DNA of 32,000 bases from positions 300,001-332,000 of the forward strand of contig NC_010547.1 of NCBI RefSeq assembly GCF_000017845.1, given 5' to 3'. Position numbers and translations under genes: made by a program. The notes under the pieces are model-generated. The model saw only the letters and a program-made list of their open reading frames with translations. It searched no databases and had not been told where the DNA came from. Shown piece after piece: positions 1 through 8,207 of the stretch. Each line of letters opens with the position of its first letter. Within the stretch, counting starts at the first letter, position 1. This DNA comes from Crocosphaera subtropica ATCC 51142 (GTDB taxonomy: Bacteria; Cyanobacteriota; Cyanobacteriia; Cyanobacteriales; Microcystaceae).

Positions 1-1
1 T

Positions 2-220
2 TATGTCCCGCACAAAAAAGATGTTAAAGGATTTCAAACCGGTGACATTGTTAAGGCTGTAGTTACTAAGGGAAAGAAGACCGGCATTTATGTTGGGAGG
101 GTAGCCGTACGCTCGACTGGGAGTTTTAACATTTCGACTGCAAAAGGCGTAATCCAGGGCATTAATCACAAATATTGCCGACAAATTCACAAGAAGGATG
201 GTTACTCTTATGCCACATAG
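2..220 (+). CDS. 3' end (last 72 codons) of an IscB-like / RRXRR-HNH family nuclease gene; the 5' part lies outside the window
   Basis: Absent from the ORF track because it has no start in the window. Frame 2 is open from nt 2 to TAG at 218-220 and reads YVPHKKDVKGFQTGDIVKAVVTKGKKTGIYVGRVAVRSTGSFNISTAKGVIQGINHKYCRQIHKKDGYSYAT*. The pattern GFxTGDxVKAxVxKGKxxGxYxGRVAVRxxGSFNI...GIxxKYCxxxHxxDGYxY is what I recognise as the conserved C-terminal domain of IscB / RRXRR-type HNH endonucleases of IS200/IS605-like elements. Confidence 0.55.
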   Translation, partial: YVPHKKDVKGFQTGDIVKAVVTKGKKTGIYVGRVAVRSTGSFNISTAKGVIQGINHKYCRQIHKKDGYSYAT

Positions 221-904
221 CTACTGCCCACCTTTTCCTCTCATCGCTAACCTTTTCGGTATAGCGAGAGTCTCCAAGGAGGAGGAAAGATGATACATTG
301 GGGTGGTGAGGATACGCCCCTCTTCATCTAAGTTGACCCCACCGACACGACTTAAACCAATAGCACCGACATCTTGGCGTTTCCAAGCTAATTTTTGCGC
401 CCAGAGTTCACAATAACGTAGCATTTGGAAAAATGGCGATGAAGGGTCATGAAGAGTAGCATCAGCCGCAGAGTAAGAAAAGCGTTGTAAACTGGTTAAA
501 TGCGCTAAATGGAGGGAAGTATTTTTGATATTAGCTGATTCATCGAGAGTGATGCGAATTGTCACCGTCAAACGTAATTTATCTTCGAGTAGAGACAGTT
601 TATCCTCAGAAAGTTCATGGGGAAACATGGGTTTATTCTTCGTGGCCAAGTAGCGAGTTTCCACCTGTGAGAGTGCATTGGCTTCTAAGGAGGAACCTGG
701 TTGGATTATGGCCGACACATCCGAGATATGCACGGATACCACAGCCCCTGATTGCTTGGGTTCTATCCATAAAGCGTCATCGAGGTCTTTTGACGTTTCG
801 CCGTCAATCGTAAAACCGAGTACCGCCTCTCGATTAGTTAGGGATATATTATTATCTAGTAATTGTTCTATTTCGCTTCGTATAATTGGTAATGCTTTAG
901 CCAC
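221..904 (-). pseudogene. RNB-domain exoribonuclease (RNase II/R family), C-terminally truncated (227 aa; only the first part of the RNB domain)
   Basis: RNB motifs are visible: KDLDDALWIE (DxDDA), VSVHISDVS (HIADV-like) and TRYLATKNKPMFPHELSEDKLSL (Y-x-x-x-x-x-PMLP...SL). The ORF stops at 221-223, directly adjacent to the IscB-like stop at 218-220, well before the end of a normal RNB domain. Confidence 0.7.
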
Positions 905-1044
905 TTTTTCTTTCGGTTCGCTAAAATAAACTACTTTTATATTTGATTTTTTTTAGTTACTAAATCTTTTGAATTATTGACTTAGATGGCTAAAACATTA
1001 TAACATATTAATTCGATTAACTGTTACTTATTTTTCTTAATTTA

Positions 1045-1305
1045 ATGAACTGGTATTTAGTATCTTGTCGTCCGAATAAAAGAGATTTGTTCTTAAAGCA
1101 GTTAGATTTTGAAATTGATAAAAATCAACTTGGAGATTTATTTTTAGAGAAAATATCTCCGAGTGATGCGATGTATAAAGATATGGTACTACTCCAAATT
1201 AGTGATCTTTCATCAGCCCGAATCCATCTTAAGAAAATTGAGCAGTTTCAAAAAATAGAAGCAAGGGCTTTATCAGAACGTCAAGTTCAACAATTTTTAG
1301 GATAA
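1045..1305 (+). CDS. small protein, possibly a stand-alone NusG N-terminal (NGN)-like domain
   Basis: MNWYLVSCRPNKRDLFLKQLDFEIDKNQLGDLFLEKISP parallels E. coli NusG [39 protein letters not shown]. A later YKDMVLLQI parallels PGYVLVQM. Eye alignment only. Confidence 0.35.
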   Translation: MNWYLVSCRPNKRDLFLKQLDFEIDKNQLGDLFLEKISPSDAMYKDMVLLQISDLSSARIHLKKIEQFQKIEARALSERQVQQFLG

Positions 1306-1339
1306 CAAAATAAAAACATTCTTATTGCTTGATATTCAC

Positions 1340-1447
1340 TATAGCGTTTCTCGGACTCATGAGGTACACTTAACTCCTGCCTCCTGCCTCCTGCCCCCTG
1401 CCTCAAAGGGATAACCTTTGTACCTCACAAGTATGAGAATTGCTATA
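1340..1447. mobile_element. about 108-bp MITE with IS630-type termini (TATAGCGTTTCT...), carrying an internal CTCCTGC heptamer array
   Basis: Left end is tatagcgtttctcggactcatgaggtaca. The reverse complement of the right end is tatagcaattctcatacttgtgaggtaca (23/29 identical). The first 12 nt equal the reverse complement of the right terminus of the IS630 element at 11294-11305. It is flanked by TA on both sides. The interior is ctcctgc-ctcctgc-ctcctgc-cccctgc. Confidence 0.6.
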
Positions 1448-1471
1448 TTCTAACCTATTAATTTAACTTAA

Positions 1472-1903
1472 TTATTCTTTCAAGTTATTTCTGAATAATT
1501 CCAAAAATTGACTAATAGTTAAAATTGGTATTTTTTCAAATTCTTTTAAAACTAATAAGTCTTTATCTCCAGATATAATTACGTCCACAGGAATTGTTAC
1601 GGCCGTTTCTAAGACAATTTTATCTTGAGGATCTCGTAAGTCGGAAATAGAAGATAAGGGCTTTGGTTGACATAGTAAGGTGATTTTTCTGACTTCTTCT
1701 AATATCTCATCTCTAGTAATTTCTAATTGTGTCAACCTCCGTTCAAGCTTAGCATATTTTAAAGTTTTTTCTAGCTCATCTAATAAAGGAGACGAAATAT
1801 AAATAACAATTTTATTTTGTTGTGCTAACAGAATAATATCTCTGGCTTGTCCACCCCAAAGTAATCCAGAGATCCATATATTAGTATCAAGTAAAACTTT
1901 CAT
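1472..1903 (-). CDS. PIN-domain toxin (PIN_3-type putative toxin-antitoxin toxin component)
   Basis: MKVLLDTNIWISGLLWGG start, acidic residues at LDTN, RDPQDKIVLETA and IISGDKDLL, 143 aa. There is a 4-nt ATGA overlap with the upstream small ORF. Confidence 0.85.
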   Translation of the reverse strand: MKVLLDTNIWISGLLWGGQARDIILLAQQNKIVIYISSPLLDELEKTLKYAKLERRLTQLEITRDEILEEVRKITLLCQPKPLSSISDLRDPQDKIVLETAVTIPVDVIISGDKDLLVLKEFEKIPILTISQFLELFRNNLKE

Positions 1904-2121
1904 TTTTGAGTTAAACTATGTCTAACTTCTTTAACCATGCTTGTTATTTTTTCCATTGATGGTTGTGATGGGTCTTCTCCTAACTCATCTATTTTTTCAA
2001 AAAGTTTTGTAAGTTTATCCTTCGACTTTAGTTTTTCTAAAATCATTTTAGCTACCTCATTTTGTTCGGCTTCTGGTAATTGTTTAACTTGAGCGATCGC
2101 CTTTTCTAATAAATCAGTCAT
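1900..2121 (-). CDS. cognate antitoxin-like small protein (73 aa)
   Basis: Small helical acidic/basic ORF (MTDLLEKAIAQVKQLPEAEQNEVAKMILEKL...) translationally coupled to the PIN gene. Confidence 0.6.
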   Translation of the reverse strand: MTDLLEKAIAQVKQLPEAEQNEVAKMILEKLKSKDKLTKLFEKIDELGEDPSQPSMEKITSMVKEVRHSLTQK

Positions 2122-3061
2122 TGTCGTTCTCCTTAGCTTTTTTCTGTGGCTTTTCTAGTTTTTTCGGTGATGATTTCTCTGACTTATTCTCGGTTCCTTT
2201 CTCGTTCATTTTACCAGGAACTTCTTTTACTGGCTTCTTGTACCAAGGAATTTCCTTTGTCGGGGGTTCCAAATCCTTAGAAAAACCAAAACTATCCCGT
2301 GACGGAATGAACTTAAATAGTCCCTGAATAAACCACCGAGGAGGTAAGTCTTCTTTGGCTATCTTCGGATTAAACCGAAATGGGGCTGATTCATCATCCC
2401 GTCGCATCAACACGGGAATGTGGGTGGCCTTAAATTTTCCCTTGGGGTCAATAGCGTTATGGTTCCGGTAGATCGACATAACCGGTGTCCTGACTTGGGG
2501 GACAAACTGCCATAAGCCTCGGAATTTAAAGATTCCAGGTTCTTCTTCCCACACATTTTCTGGTTCCCATGTTGCCACTTGAAAGTAGATTCTGGGGGGT
2601 TTACGGGGGATCATTAAGCATTTTGGATAGACCCTGAGATAAAGCGATTCCCCTGGATGGGAAGCCATTTGCTTCAACCAAGCTTGATAACGATAACCCG
2701 CAATGAACAGACTATAACGTTTTCCCCCTAATCGGAGGAAAAACTTCCCTTCTTCGGTTGAGTCTTCCTCTGGTTTCGTGTTAATTGTCCCGATCGCTTG
2801 GAAGATCGGTTTATCCGTTTCAAGTTCATCGTTTGTGGGTTCGGTATTATTTTCGGAGTCCAAGGTTGGTGGGGTATCTCCATTACCCTCAACAGTTGTT
2901 GGGGCTGTTTCTTCTGGGGGTCGAGTTAAAGATTTCTGTTTCTGCTTTGGTGCGACGGTTGGATTATCTTCTATAGTTTCCTCTGTCGCTACTGATACTG
3001 TTGTTTGATCAGGGCTGGTGGGTTTCTTTTTAAGGCTACGGATTTGGGGTTTGGGGGACAT
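2114..3061 (-). CDS. hypothetical protein with a Pro/Thr/Glu/Lys-rich disordered N-terminus and a folded C-terminal domain
   Basis: 315-aa ORF whose stop overlaps the antitoxin start by 8 nt. I recognise no family. Confidence 0.55.
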   Translation of the reverse strand: MSPKPQIRSLKKKPTSPDQTTVSVATEETIEDNPTVAPKQKQKSLTRPPEETAPTTVEGNGDTPPTLDSENNTEPTNDELETDKPIFQAIGTINTKPEEDSTEEGKFFLRLGGKRYSLFIAGYRYQAWLKQMASHPGESLYLRVYPKCLMIPRKPPRIYFQVATWEPENVWEEEPGIFKFRGLWQFVPQVRTPVMSIYRNHNAIDPKGKFKATHIPVLMRRDDESAPFRFNPKIAKEDLPPRWFIQGLFKFIPSRDSFGFSKDLEPPTKEIPWYKKPVKEVPGKMNEKGTENKSEKSSPKKLEKPQKKAKENDND

Positions 3062-3238
3062 TTCTTAATATTAATTAATACTTGCTTGTTGGAAAATTAC
3101 TGATATTATGGAGGGATTAAATAGTTAACATTAGCTATAATTAAATTAGTTTTGTCTATTATTTTAAACCAAAATCTAATAATAATCAATACCTTCATCT
3201 TTATGCTATCCTAATAACTGAAAACAACTCAGTTTGAT

Positions 3239-3910
3239 ATGAACTCTTATTCAGAGAATCAAGAAATCACGCCAAGACAATCCCCTAAACAAAGCATAAT
3301 TCAACAAAGACGAGAAAAAGCTAGGCAGCAACAAAGAGAACTCAGAGAATTAGGCAATCAACATTGGAAAAGTTGGAAAAATAATTATAGTAATGATACT
3401 ATTGCTTTAGCTGAATTAATCCAATATATCAATCGTTACTCTAAACGTTATGCTCCTTATAAACAGAGAAATCGTAGAGAAAAAAAACTGGTTTTTTATA
3501 TTTATTGGTTAAAAGAAGATTGGTGTAGAAAAAATAAAAACTATATTATTCAAGCCTATCAGTCGGCTGAATTTACATATACTCAGACAGACTCGAATGA
3601 CCTTAAAGACACAGAGAAGATAACAAAGAAGTCGCAAGATTCTGAAGATTTTACCTCCGATCACATTACTCGTTTCTATTTCTATGTGTTTTTAATAAAC
3701 GGTCAAGAATATAGATTTCACTCGAAAAATAAATTAGTAGCGAATTGTGAATTTAAACAAGAAGCTCATGGTTCTTCTGAACCTCTCAAAGATCAAGAAA
3801 TCACTTTAAGAATCGTTCCTGCTTTATTAGCTAGCTTTTTTGCTTTAAAAGCCAAAAAAATTCCTAAACATCTAAAAAAGAATCATGAAGGTTATAATAG
3901 TTATCGATAG
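3239..3910 (+). CDS. hypothetical basic protein
   Basis: 223-aa ORF, divergent from 2114..3061 across an AT-rich 177-bp spacer. No recognisable motifs. Confidence 0.45.
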   Translation: MNSYSENQEITPRQSPKQSIIQQRREKARQQQRELRELGNQHWKSWKNNYSNDTIALAELIQYINRYSKRYAPYKQRNRREKKLVFYIYWLKEDWCRKNKNYIIQAYQSAEFTYTQTDSNDLKDTEKITKKSQDSEDFTSDHITRFYFYVFLINGQEYRFHSKNKLVANCEFKQEAHGSSEPLKDQEITLRIVPALLASFFALKAKKIPKHLKKNHEGYNSYR

Positions 3911-4043
3911 TTAATTGTCTTGATAAAATCAATTTTTAAATACTTTAACAAAAAAGAAAGGCTTGTGAAAAATATCCCTAAAATCTTGACAACATGGGGG
4001 TTAGGCTAGTTATAATCTCTATCTTGTTAATTATTAGTCAGAA

Positions 4044-4322
4044 ATGAACAAAGAACAGCTTGTCAAGGCCATCGCAGCCGAAACCGGTCAACCTCAGTCG
4101 GTAGTCACCAAGATACTCAATGCTACCACTGAAACCATAGTTGAAACCGTTGCCAATGGCGACAAAATAACCCTTGTAGGTTTTGGAACCTTTGAACCAC
4201 GAGATCGCAAAGAGCGTCAGGGTAAAAATCCGCAAACGGGGGAACCGTTGACCATCCCTGCAACCACTATCCCTGCGTTCAGCGCCAGTAAAGCATTTAA
4301 GGAGAAGGTCAAATCATTATGA
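4044..4322 (+). CDS. hup: HU family DNA-binding protein
   Basis: MNKEQLVKAIAAETG...VTLVGFGTFEPRDRKERQGKNPQTGEPLTIPATTIPAFSASKAFKEKV is a canonical HU/IHF fold signature (GFGxFxxRxRxxRxGRNPxTGExxxIPA). Confidence 0.95.
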   Translation: MNKEQLVKAIAAETGQPQSVVTKILNATTETIVETVANGDKITLVGFGTFEPRDRKERQGKNPQTGEPLTIPATTIPAFSASKAFKEKVKSL

Positions 4323-4328
4323 ATCTTG

Positions 4329-4798
4329 ACAGTCACCAGTCGCACGCTTTGCTCAGTCACCAGTCACCAGTTTAGTTTTTAGTTCTATTACTAGATTTAA
4401 GAATTGAGTAAAGAATTTTAGCGATTTCTTCTGCATCTTTATATATGCTATTAAATCCATTTTCTTCTAGATAACCCGTATCTTTCAATAAACAGAGCCA
4501 ATATTTGGTTTCTTGGCATTCCTTATAAGCAATAGAAATTTTAGCACTAAAATCAGCAGAAGAAATAGCACTATTAGCTTCAGCTAAATTCGCTCCAATA
4601 GAAGTCCCCGAACGTAATAATTGTTTGCTTAAAACATATTCTTTTTTATTATTGGTTAAATGTTTGTAAGCATTGACAACTCTAATCGCAAATTGATAGG
4701 CTTTGTCGTAAGCAATACTATTTTTACTCATAATTTCCTCTTCTCACCATTTACTATTTATACATAACTGGTGACTGGTGACTGGTGATTGGTGACTG
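4329..4798. mobile_element. heptamer-array-bounded cassette (copy A, full length) carrying the four-helix-bundle gene
   Basis: The 43-nt long arm at 4329-4371 is cagtcaccagtcgcacgctttgctcagtcaccagtcaccagt. The inverted short arm at 4767-4798 is actggtgactggtgactggtgattggtgactg. The same arms recur at 8352-8522 (inverted) and 9618-9770. Confidence 0.5.
4372..4731 (-). CDS. four-helix-bundle protein (23S rRNA intervening-sequence protein / Avd-like family)
   Basis: AYQFAIRVVNAYKHL..., LLRSGTSIGANLAEA and YKECQETKYWLCLLKD match the family hallmarks (RSxxSIxANIAEG ... ExxYWLxLL). 119 aa. Confidence 0.85.
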   Translation of the reverse strand: MSKNSIAYDKAYQFAIRVVNAYKHLTNNKKEYVLSKQLLRSGTSIGANLAEANSAISSADFSAKISIAYKECQETKYWLCLLKDTGYLEENGFNSIYKDAEEIAKILYSILKSSNRTKN

Positions 4799-4926
4799 CA
4801 AAAAAGGTGATTGGGTGGCTTATCAAAGATATTTACGCTCTGTCCCCTCAACGCAAGAAACCGAGTTTATGCGCCGTGTTAACGCAATGGTAAAATCAGC
4901 TAAAGCAAGGTAATTAATTTTAGCTT

Positions 4927-5304
4927 ATGGCTACCACTCCTCATGACGACGAAAGAGAACAGCGCATCAGCAACGAAATCATCGTTGACGCTTACAACAG
5001 TGATGAGGAACGAATGGGCTGGTACTGCTACCTTGAGGATAATCTAAGTTTGCCTTTTGTCGCTATCTGGGATGAGCAAACCGTAGAAGTGGTAGGAATA
5101 TCAGATGAAGATGAGTGCCGAAAGGAAATGAGAGTCGATATTCGCTACAGTGAAAAAAACCGTCAGGATGTTTTTTCGGTATCGTTGTCTGAGATTAACC
5201 CTGTTGATACCGATGAAACGACCAATGAGGCGATCGCTGATTGGAAATATTGGGTCGGGAGGGGTTACGAGTTCAGTGAAGGGGAAGAAGATGTATTTTT
5301 CTAA
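4927..5304 (+). CDS. conserved small acidic hypothetical protein
   Basis: 125-aa ORF. The IVDAYNSDEERMGWYCYLEDNLSLPF motif resembles small bacterial proteins of unknown function that I have seen annotated inconsistently. Confidence 0.5.
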   Translation: MATTPHDDEREQRISNEIIVDAYNSDEERMGWYCYLEDNLSLPFVAIWDEQTVEVVGISDEDECRKEMRVDIRYSEKNRQDVFSVSLSEINPVDTDETTNEAIADWKYWVGRGYEFSEGEEDVFF

Positions 5305-5337
5305 CTCTAATAATCAGAGCAGTTTCTAATAGCTAAG

Positions 5338-5733
5338 ATGAAATTAACACAATTATCAGAAACCACCCTTTCTAAAATCAAAACCCTCCGTTGGGATAGG
5401 ATTATTGAGAAGCATGAGGGTCCCGAAACTTGGGAGTCAGTGTTTCGATACTCTGAACCTGAATTTATGGAAATCGAAGGGCGTTGGGTATTGCTCCCAG
5501 TAGAAAGTTCTAGTCATGCTAATATCACCATTCTACGGACGATTTGGAGTAATGATGGAAACTCATTAACTATCTTTCTTAAAGATACTACTTATGAGGA
5601 TGATCCCTTCTTTTCTGGTTTTTTAGCTGTGTGTGACCGCTTAGTGAATGAGAAATTTTATGTGGCCGTGGTCTATCACGAATGGTTTGTGATAGATAAC
5701 CAATTAACAGCAAGCAGAAAAACAGAACTTTAG
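5338..5733 (+). CDS. hypothetical protein
   Basis: 131-aa ORF immediately upstream of lexA. No recognisable motifs. Confidence 0.5.
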   Translation: MKLTQLSETTLSKIKTLRWDRIIEKHEGPETWESVFRYSEPEFMEIEGRWVLLPVESSSHANITILRTIWSNDGNSLTIFLKDTTYEDDPFFSGFLAVCDRLVNEKFYVAVVYHEWFVIDNQLTASRKTEL

Positions 5734-5745
5734 TACCAAAATACA
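5732..5745. promoter_or_regulatory. candidate cyanobacterial LexA box (one mismatch)
   Basis: AGTACcaaaATACa compared with the Anabaena-type consensus RGTACNNNDGTWCB, with G to A in the second half-site. It lies 38-51 nt upstream of the lexA ATG. Confidence 0.2.
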
Positions 5746-5782
5746 GCTAAACTAGGATCACTGCTAGAAAGATTCTCAAAGT

Positions 5783-6382
5783 ATGGAGCCACTAACCCCT
5801 GCTCAAAAAGAATTATATGATTGGTTGGTTAATCACATTCATCAACATCAATATCCTCCTTCGATTCGTCAGATGATGAGAGCGATGAATTTGCGATCTC
5901 CTGCACCGGTTCAATCTCGTTTAGAAAGGTTGCGAGATAAAGGGTATGTGACCTGGATCGAGGGGAAAGCGCGAACCATCAAACCCCTACAAGTCAAAAA
6001 GCCAGGAATAGTCATCAAGGGAGCCATAGCTGCCGGTGGTTTAGTCGAACCCTTCACTGATGAACAATCAATTCTAGAACTTCCCTACGTTCTCAACCAA
6101 AATGATTACTATGCCTTACGAGTAGATGGGAATAGTTTAAACTCAGAAGCGATCGCAGATCAGGACATAGCCATCATCCGTCGTCTCACCCCAGAAGAAA
6201 CGGTAAAAAACGGAGAGATAGTCGCTGCCAAAGTCGAAGGCTATAGTGTAAGGTTGAGTTATTATCATTTAGATTCTGAGCAGATAACTTTGATATCTTT
6301 TGATAAAGAAAACTCATTAAAAGTTCTGAGAACGACTGTAGAAATACAAGGGGTTTTTGTAGGGATATGGAGAAGTAATTAG
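5783..6382 (+). CDS. lexA: LexA-family repressor (intact copy)
   Basis: N-terminal wHTH (LTPAQKELYDWL...PPSIRQMMRAMNLRSPAPVQSRLERLRDKGYV). Linker GAIAAGGLVEPF. S24 peptidase-like C-terminal domain (ALRVDGNSL...NGEIVAAKVEG...IQGVFVGIWR). Confidence 0.9.
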   Translation: MEPLTPAQKELYDWLVNHIHQHQYPPSIRQMMRAMNLRSPAPVQSRLERLRDKGYVTWIEGKARTIKPLQVKKPGIVIKGAIAAGGLVEPFTDEQSILELPYVLNQNDYYALRVDGNSLNSEAIADQDIAIIRRLTPEETVKNGEIVAAKVEGYSVRLSYYHLDSEQITLISFDKENSLKVLRTTVEIQGVFVGIWRSN

Positions 6383-6506
6383 TAAGATTTTATAGTATAA
6401 TTAAGTTAAATAAAAGGTAATTTTATGAGTAAAGCTCCTAAAGAAATTAAACCTAAAAATACTGATAATAATGAGAATAGTAATCTCGAAGATGAACTAT
6501 TAGTTA

Positions 6507-8207
6507 GGCTTTGCTGAAAAAGTCACTCAAAAATTTATGCGGCCAAAAGCCAGTAATTTACCTCTAAATCAATAACTTTAACTGCTGTAAAAAGATTGAT
6601 AAAATAAGTTTTCATTATCATAATCTGTTCATCTAGTTCAAATGTTTTGCTAATAAAAGAAAATGAAAAAAGCAACAATAATATCTGCCGAAGCAGTTGG
6701 CAAAGATTAACTACTAAAAAGGTCATAGCAATAGCAGTTTCTGAAGTTTCTTTAAGCTTAGTTTTAACCAAATCTAGACTAAATTTTCTCTTTGCTTGTC
6801 CAAATTTTCCTTCAATTCTATTCCTAAATGCTTCGTCTATTCTAGTTTGCTTTCTCTCTTCTTGACTGATGTTTTTAGGAGGTCTTCCTAAGCCTATTCC
6901 ACTGAGTCTAATTCCTCTTTGTTTACACCAATCTTTATTGGCTTTACTTCGATAAATTCTATCTGCATGAACTGAGAATGGATAACAACCATAAGTCTGT
7001 TTAAACTTTTCAATTTGTTCTTGCAAGTCTCCAGATTCATTAAAATTTTCCCAACTTATTCGGTCTAGAAATATATAATTATCTACATAACTTACTGAGA
7101 GTTTGGCTCCAAACTCTGTGGGTTTCCCTGCTTTTCCTCTCACGATAGGTCGAATATGCGGTTGAGTTATACTGACAATTCTTTCGGGAACACTTTTGGT
7201 TTCTTTTTCCCACATCTGGAGTTGCTGTTCATGGACTTTTTTGACAGCTTCTAGAAGATTTCTTTGTCTTTTATTTAGACTATTTAAGGTCGCTCCCTCT
7301 AAGATTAGTTTCTCTATACTGACTAGATTCTTTTCAATATACTTAAGTTGTTTTCTAATCGCTTCTCTTCTCTCTTTTTTAGTAGAACGACGGTTTTTTA
7401 CTATTCTTAAATACTCAATTCTTGCTATATTTCGATAAGTTCTGGGCTTTTTCTTTAATTTTCCTTTTATCGATTTATAGAGAGTATCTATTATCTGTTC
7501 AGTTGCTTTTCTTCCTTGATTTAAGATTTCCAAATCCGTCGGATACTTGATATCTCCAGGGGCGCAGGTGGCATCCAAGATCAGTTTGCCTTTATTTTTC
7601 CTTTCTCCTGTTTCTTCTTCTTCTACCCCCTTTTTTTCGGACTTCTGCTCGATTCGTTCTCTCCCTCTTTTTACCATTTCTTCATTAATCCTCTTTACTA
7701 AATCTACATTTATCCTTTGTCTAAAATGTACCATCATTGAGGCTTCAAAGGGAGGCTCAAATGTATAGGCTTCCAATCCGATAAAATATTGTAAATATGG
7801 ATTTTCTTTTATTTGCTCTACGGTTTCTCTATCGCTTATCCCCAGTTGTTCTTTGATTATCAGTGCGCCTAACGCCATCTTAAATGGTTTTGCTGGTGCG
7901 CCTTTTTCTATTTTAAATTGTTTCGCATACTCTTCTTCAAATTCTTCCCAGGGTATTAGCTCGGCCATGATCACCCAACGATTTTCTGGCGATAACTTGG
8001 TCAGGGGCAATAATTCAAATTTTTCTGGGGTGATCTGCGATCGCTCTTTTTTGCGGTACATTTGTTTTAGTCAACCAGGTGCAACAGGCTCTTACCAATT
8101 TTAGGGCTTTTTGGGGAGTTTCGACTGTTTTTTGTTGCACTTTTGCGTTCACTAGATCGGGCTGTAACCTTTAGAAGATAACTATTCTAGCCCTTTTTCA
8201 GCAAACC
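6507..8207. mobile_element. IS5/IS1182-superfamily insertion sequence (about 1.7 kb)
   Basis: Terminal inverted repeats: ggctttgctgaaaaag at 6507-6522, and ctttttcagcaaaccc at 8193-8208, whose last base overlaps the start of lexA-copy-2 homology at 8208 (15/16 match). They enclose a single transposase ORF. Ends are uncertain by 2 nt. Confidence 0.7.
6535..8061 (-). CDS. IS5/IS1182-type DDE transposase (DUF772-like N-terminus)
   Basis: APAKPFKMALGALIIKEQLGISDRETVEQIKENPYLQYFIGL is the InsH/DUF772 N-terminal signature. The C-terminal part contains HADRIYRS...NRIEGKFGQAKR, typical of IS5-group DDE enzymes. Confidence 0.85.
   Translation of the reverse strand: MYRKKERSQITPEKFELLPLTKLSPENRWVIMAELIPWEEFEEEYAKQFKIEKGAPAKPFKMALGALIIKEQLGISDRETVEQIKENPYLQYFIGLEAYTFEPPFEASMMVHFRQRINVDLVKRINEEMVKRGRERIEQKSEKKGVEEEETGERKNKGKLILDATCAPGDIKYPTDLEILNQGRKATEQIIDTLYKSIKGKLKKKPRTYRNIARIEYLRIVKNRRSTKKERREAIRKQLKYIEKNLVSIEKLILEGATLNSLNKRQRNLLEAVKKVHEQQLQMWEKETKSVPERIVSITQPHIRPIVRGKAGKPTEFGAKLSVSYVDNYIFLDRISWENFNESGDLQEQIEKFKQTYGCYPFSVHADRIYRSKANKDWCKQRGIRLSGIGLGRPPKNISQEERKQTRIDEAFRNRIEGKFGQAKRKFSLDLVKTKLKETSETAIAMTFLVVNLCQLLRQILLLLFSFSFISKTFELDEQIMIMKTYFINLFTAVKVIDLEVNYWLLAA

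Noticed and set aside
4799-4915. Open frames just right of cassette A (…KGDWVAYQRYLRSVPSTQETEFMRRVNAMVKSAKAR* or …AKKVIGWLIKDIYALSPQRKKPSLCAVLTQW*), possibly the 3' remnant of a gene destroyed by the cassette
   Set aside because: Two frames are open, neither has a start or a recognisable motif, and no matching 5' part lies on the other side of the cassette.
6425-6516. Small ORF MSKAPKEIKPKNTDNNENSNLEDELLV... that runs into the IS left end and would be in frame with lexA copy 2 if a roughly 1701-nt IS were excised
   Set aside because: The peptide has no similarity to the LexA N-terminal wHTH of copy 1, the IS ends are uncertain by 2 nt, and the frame match has a 1-in-3 chance. It is most likely coincidental.
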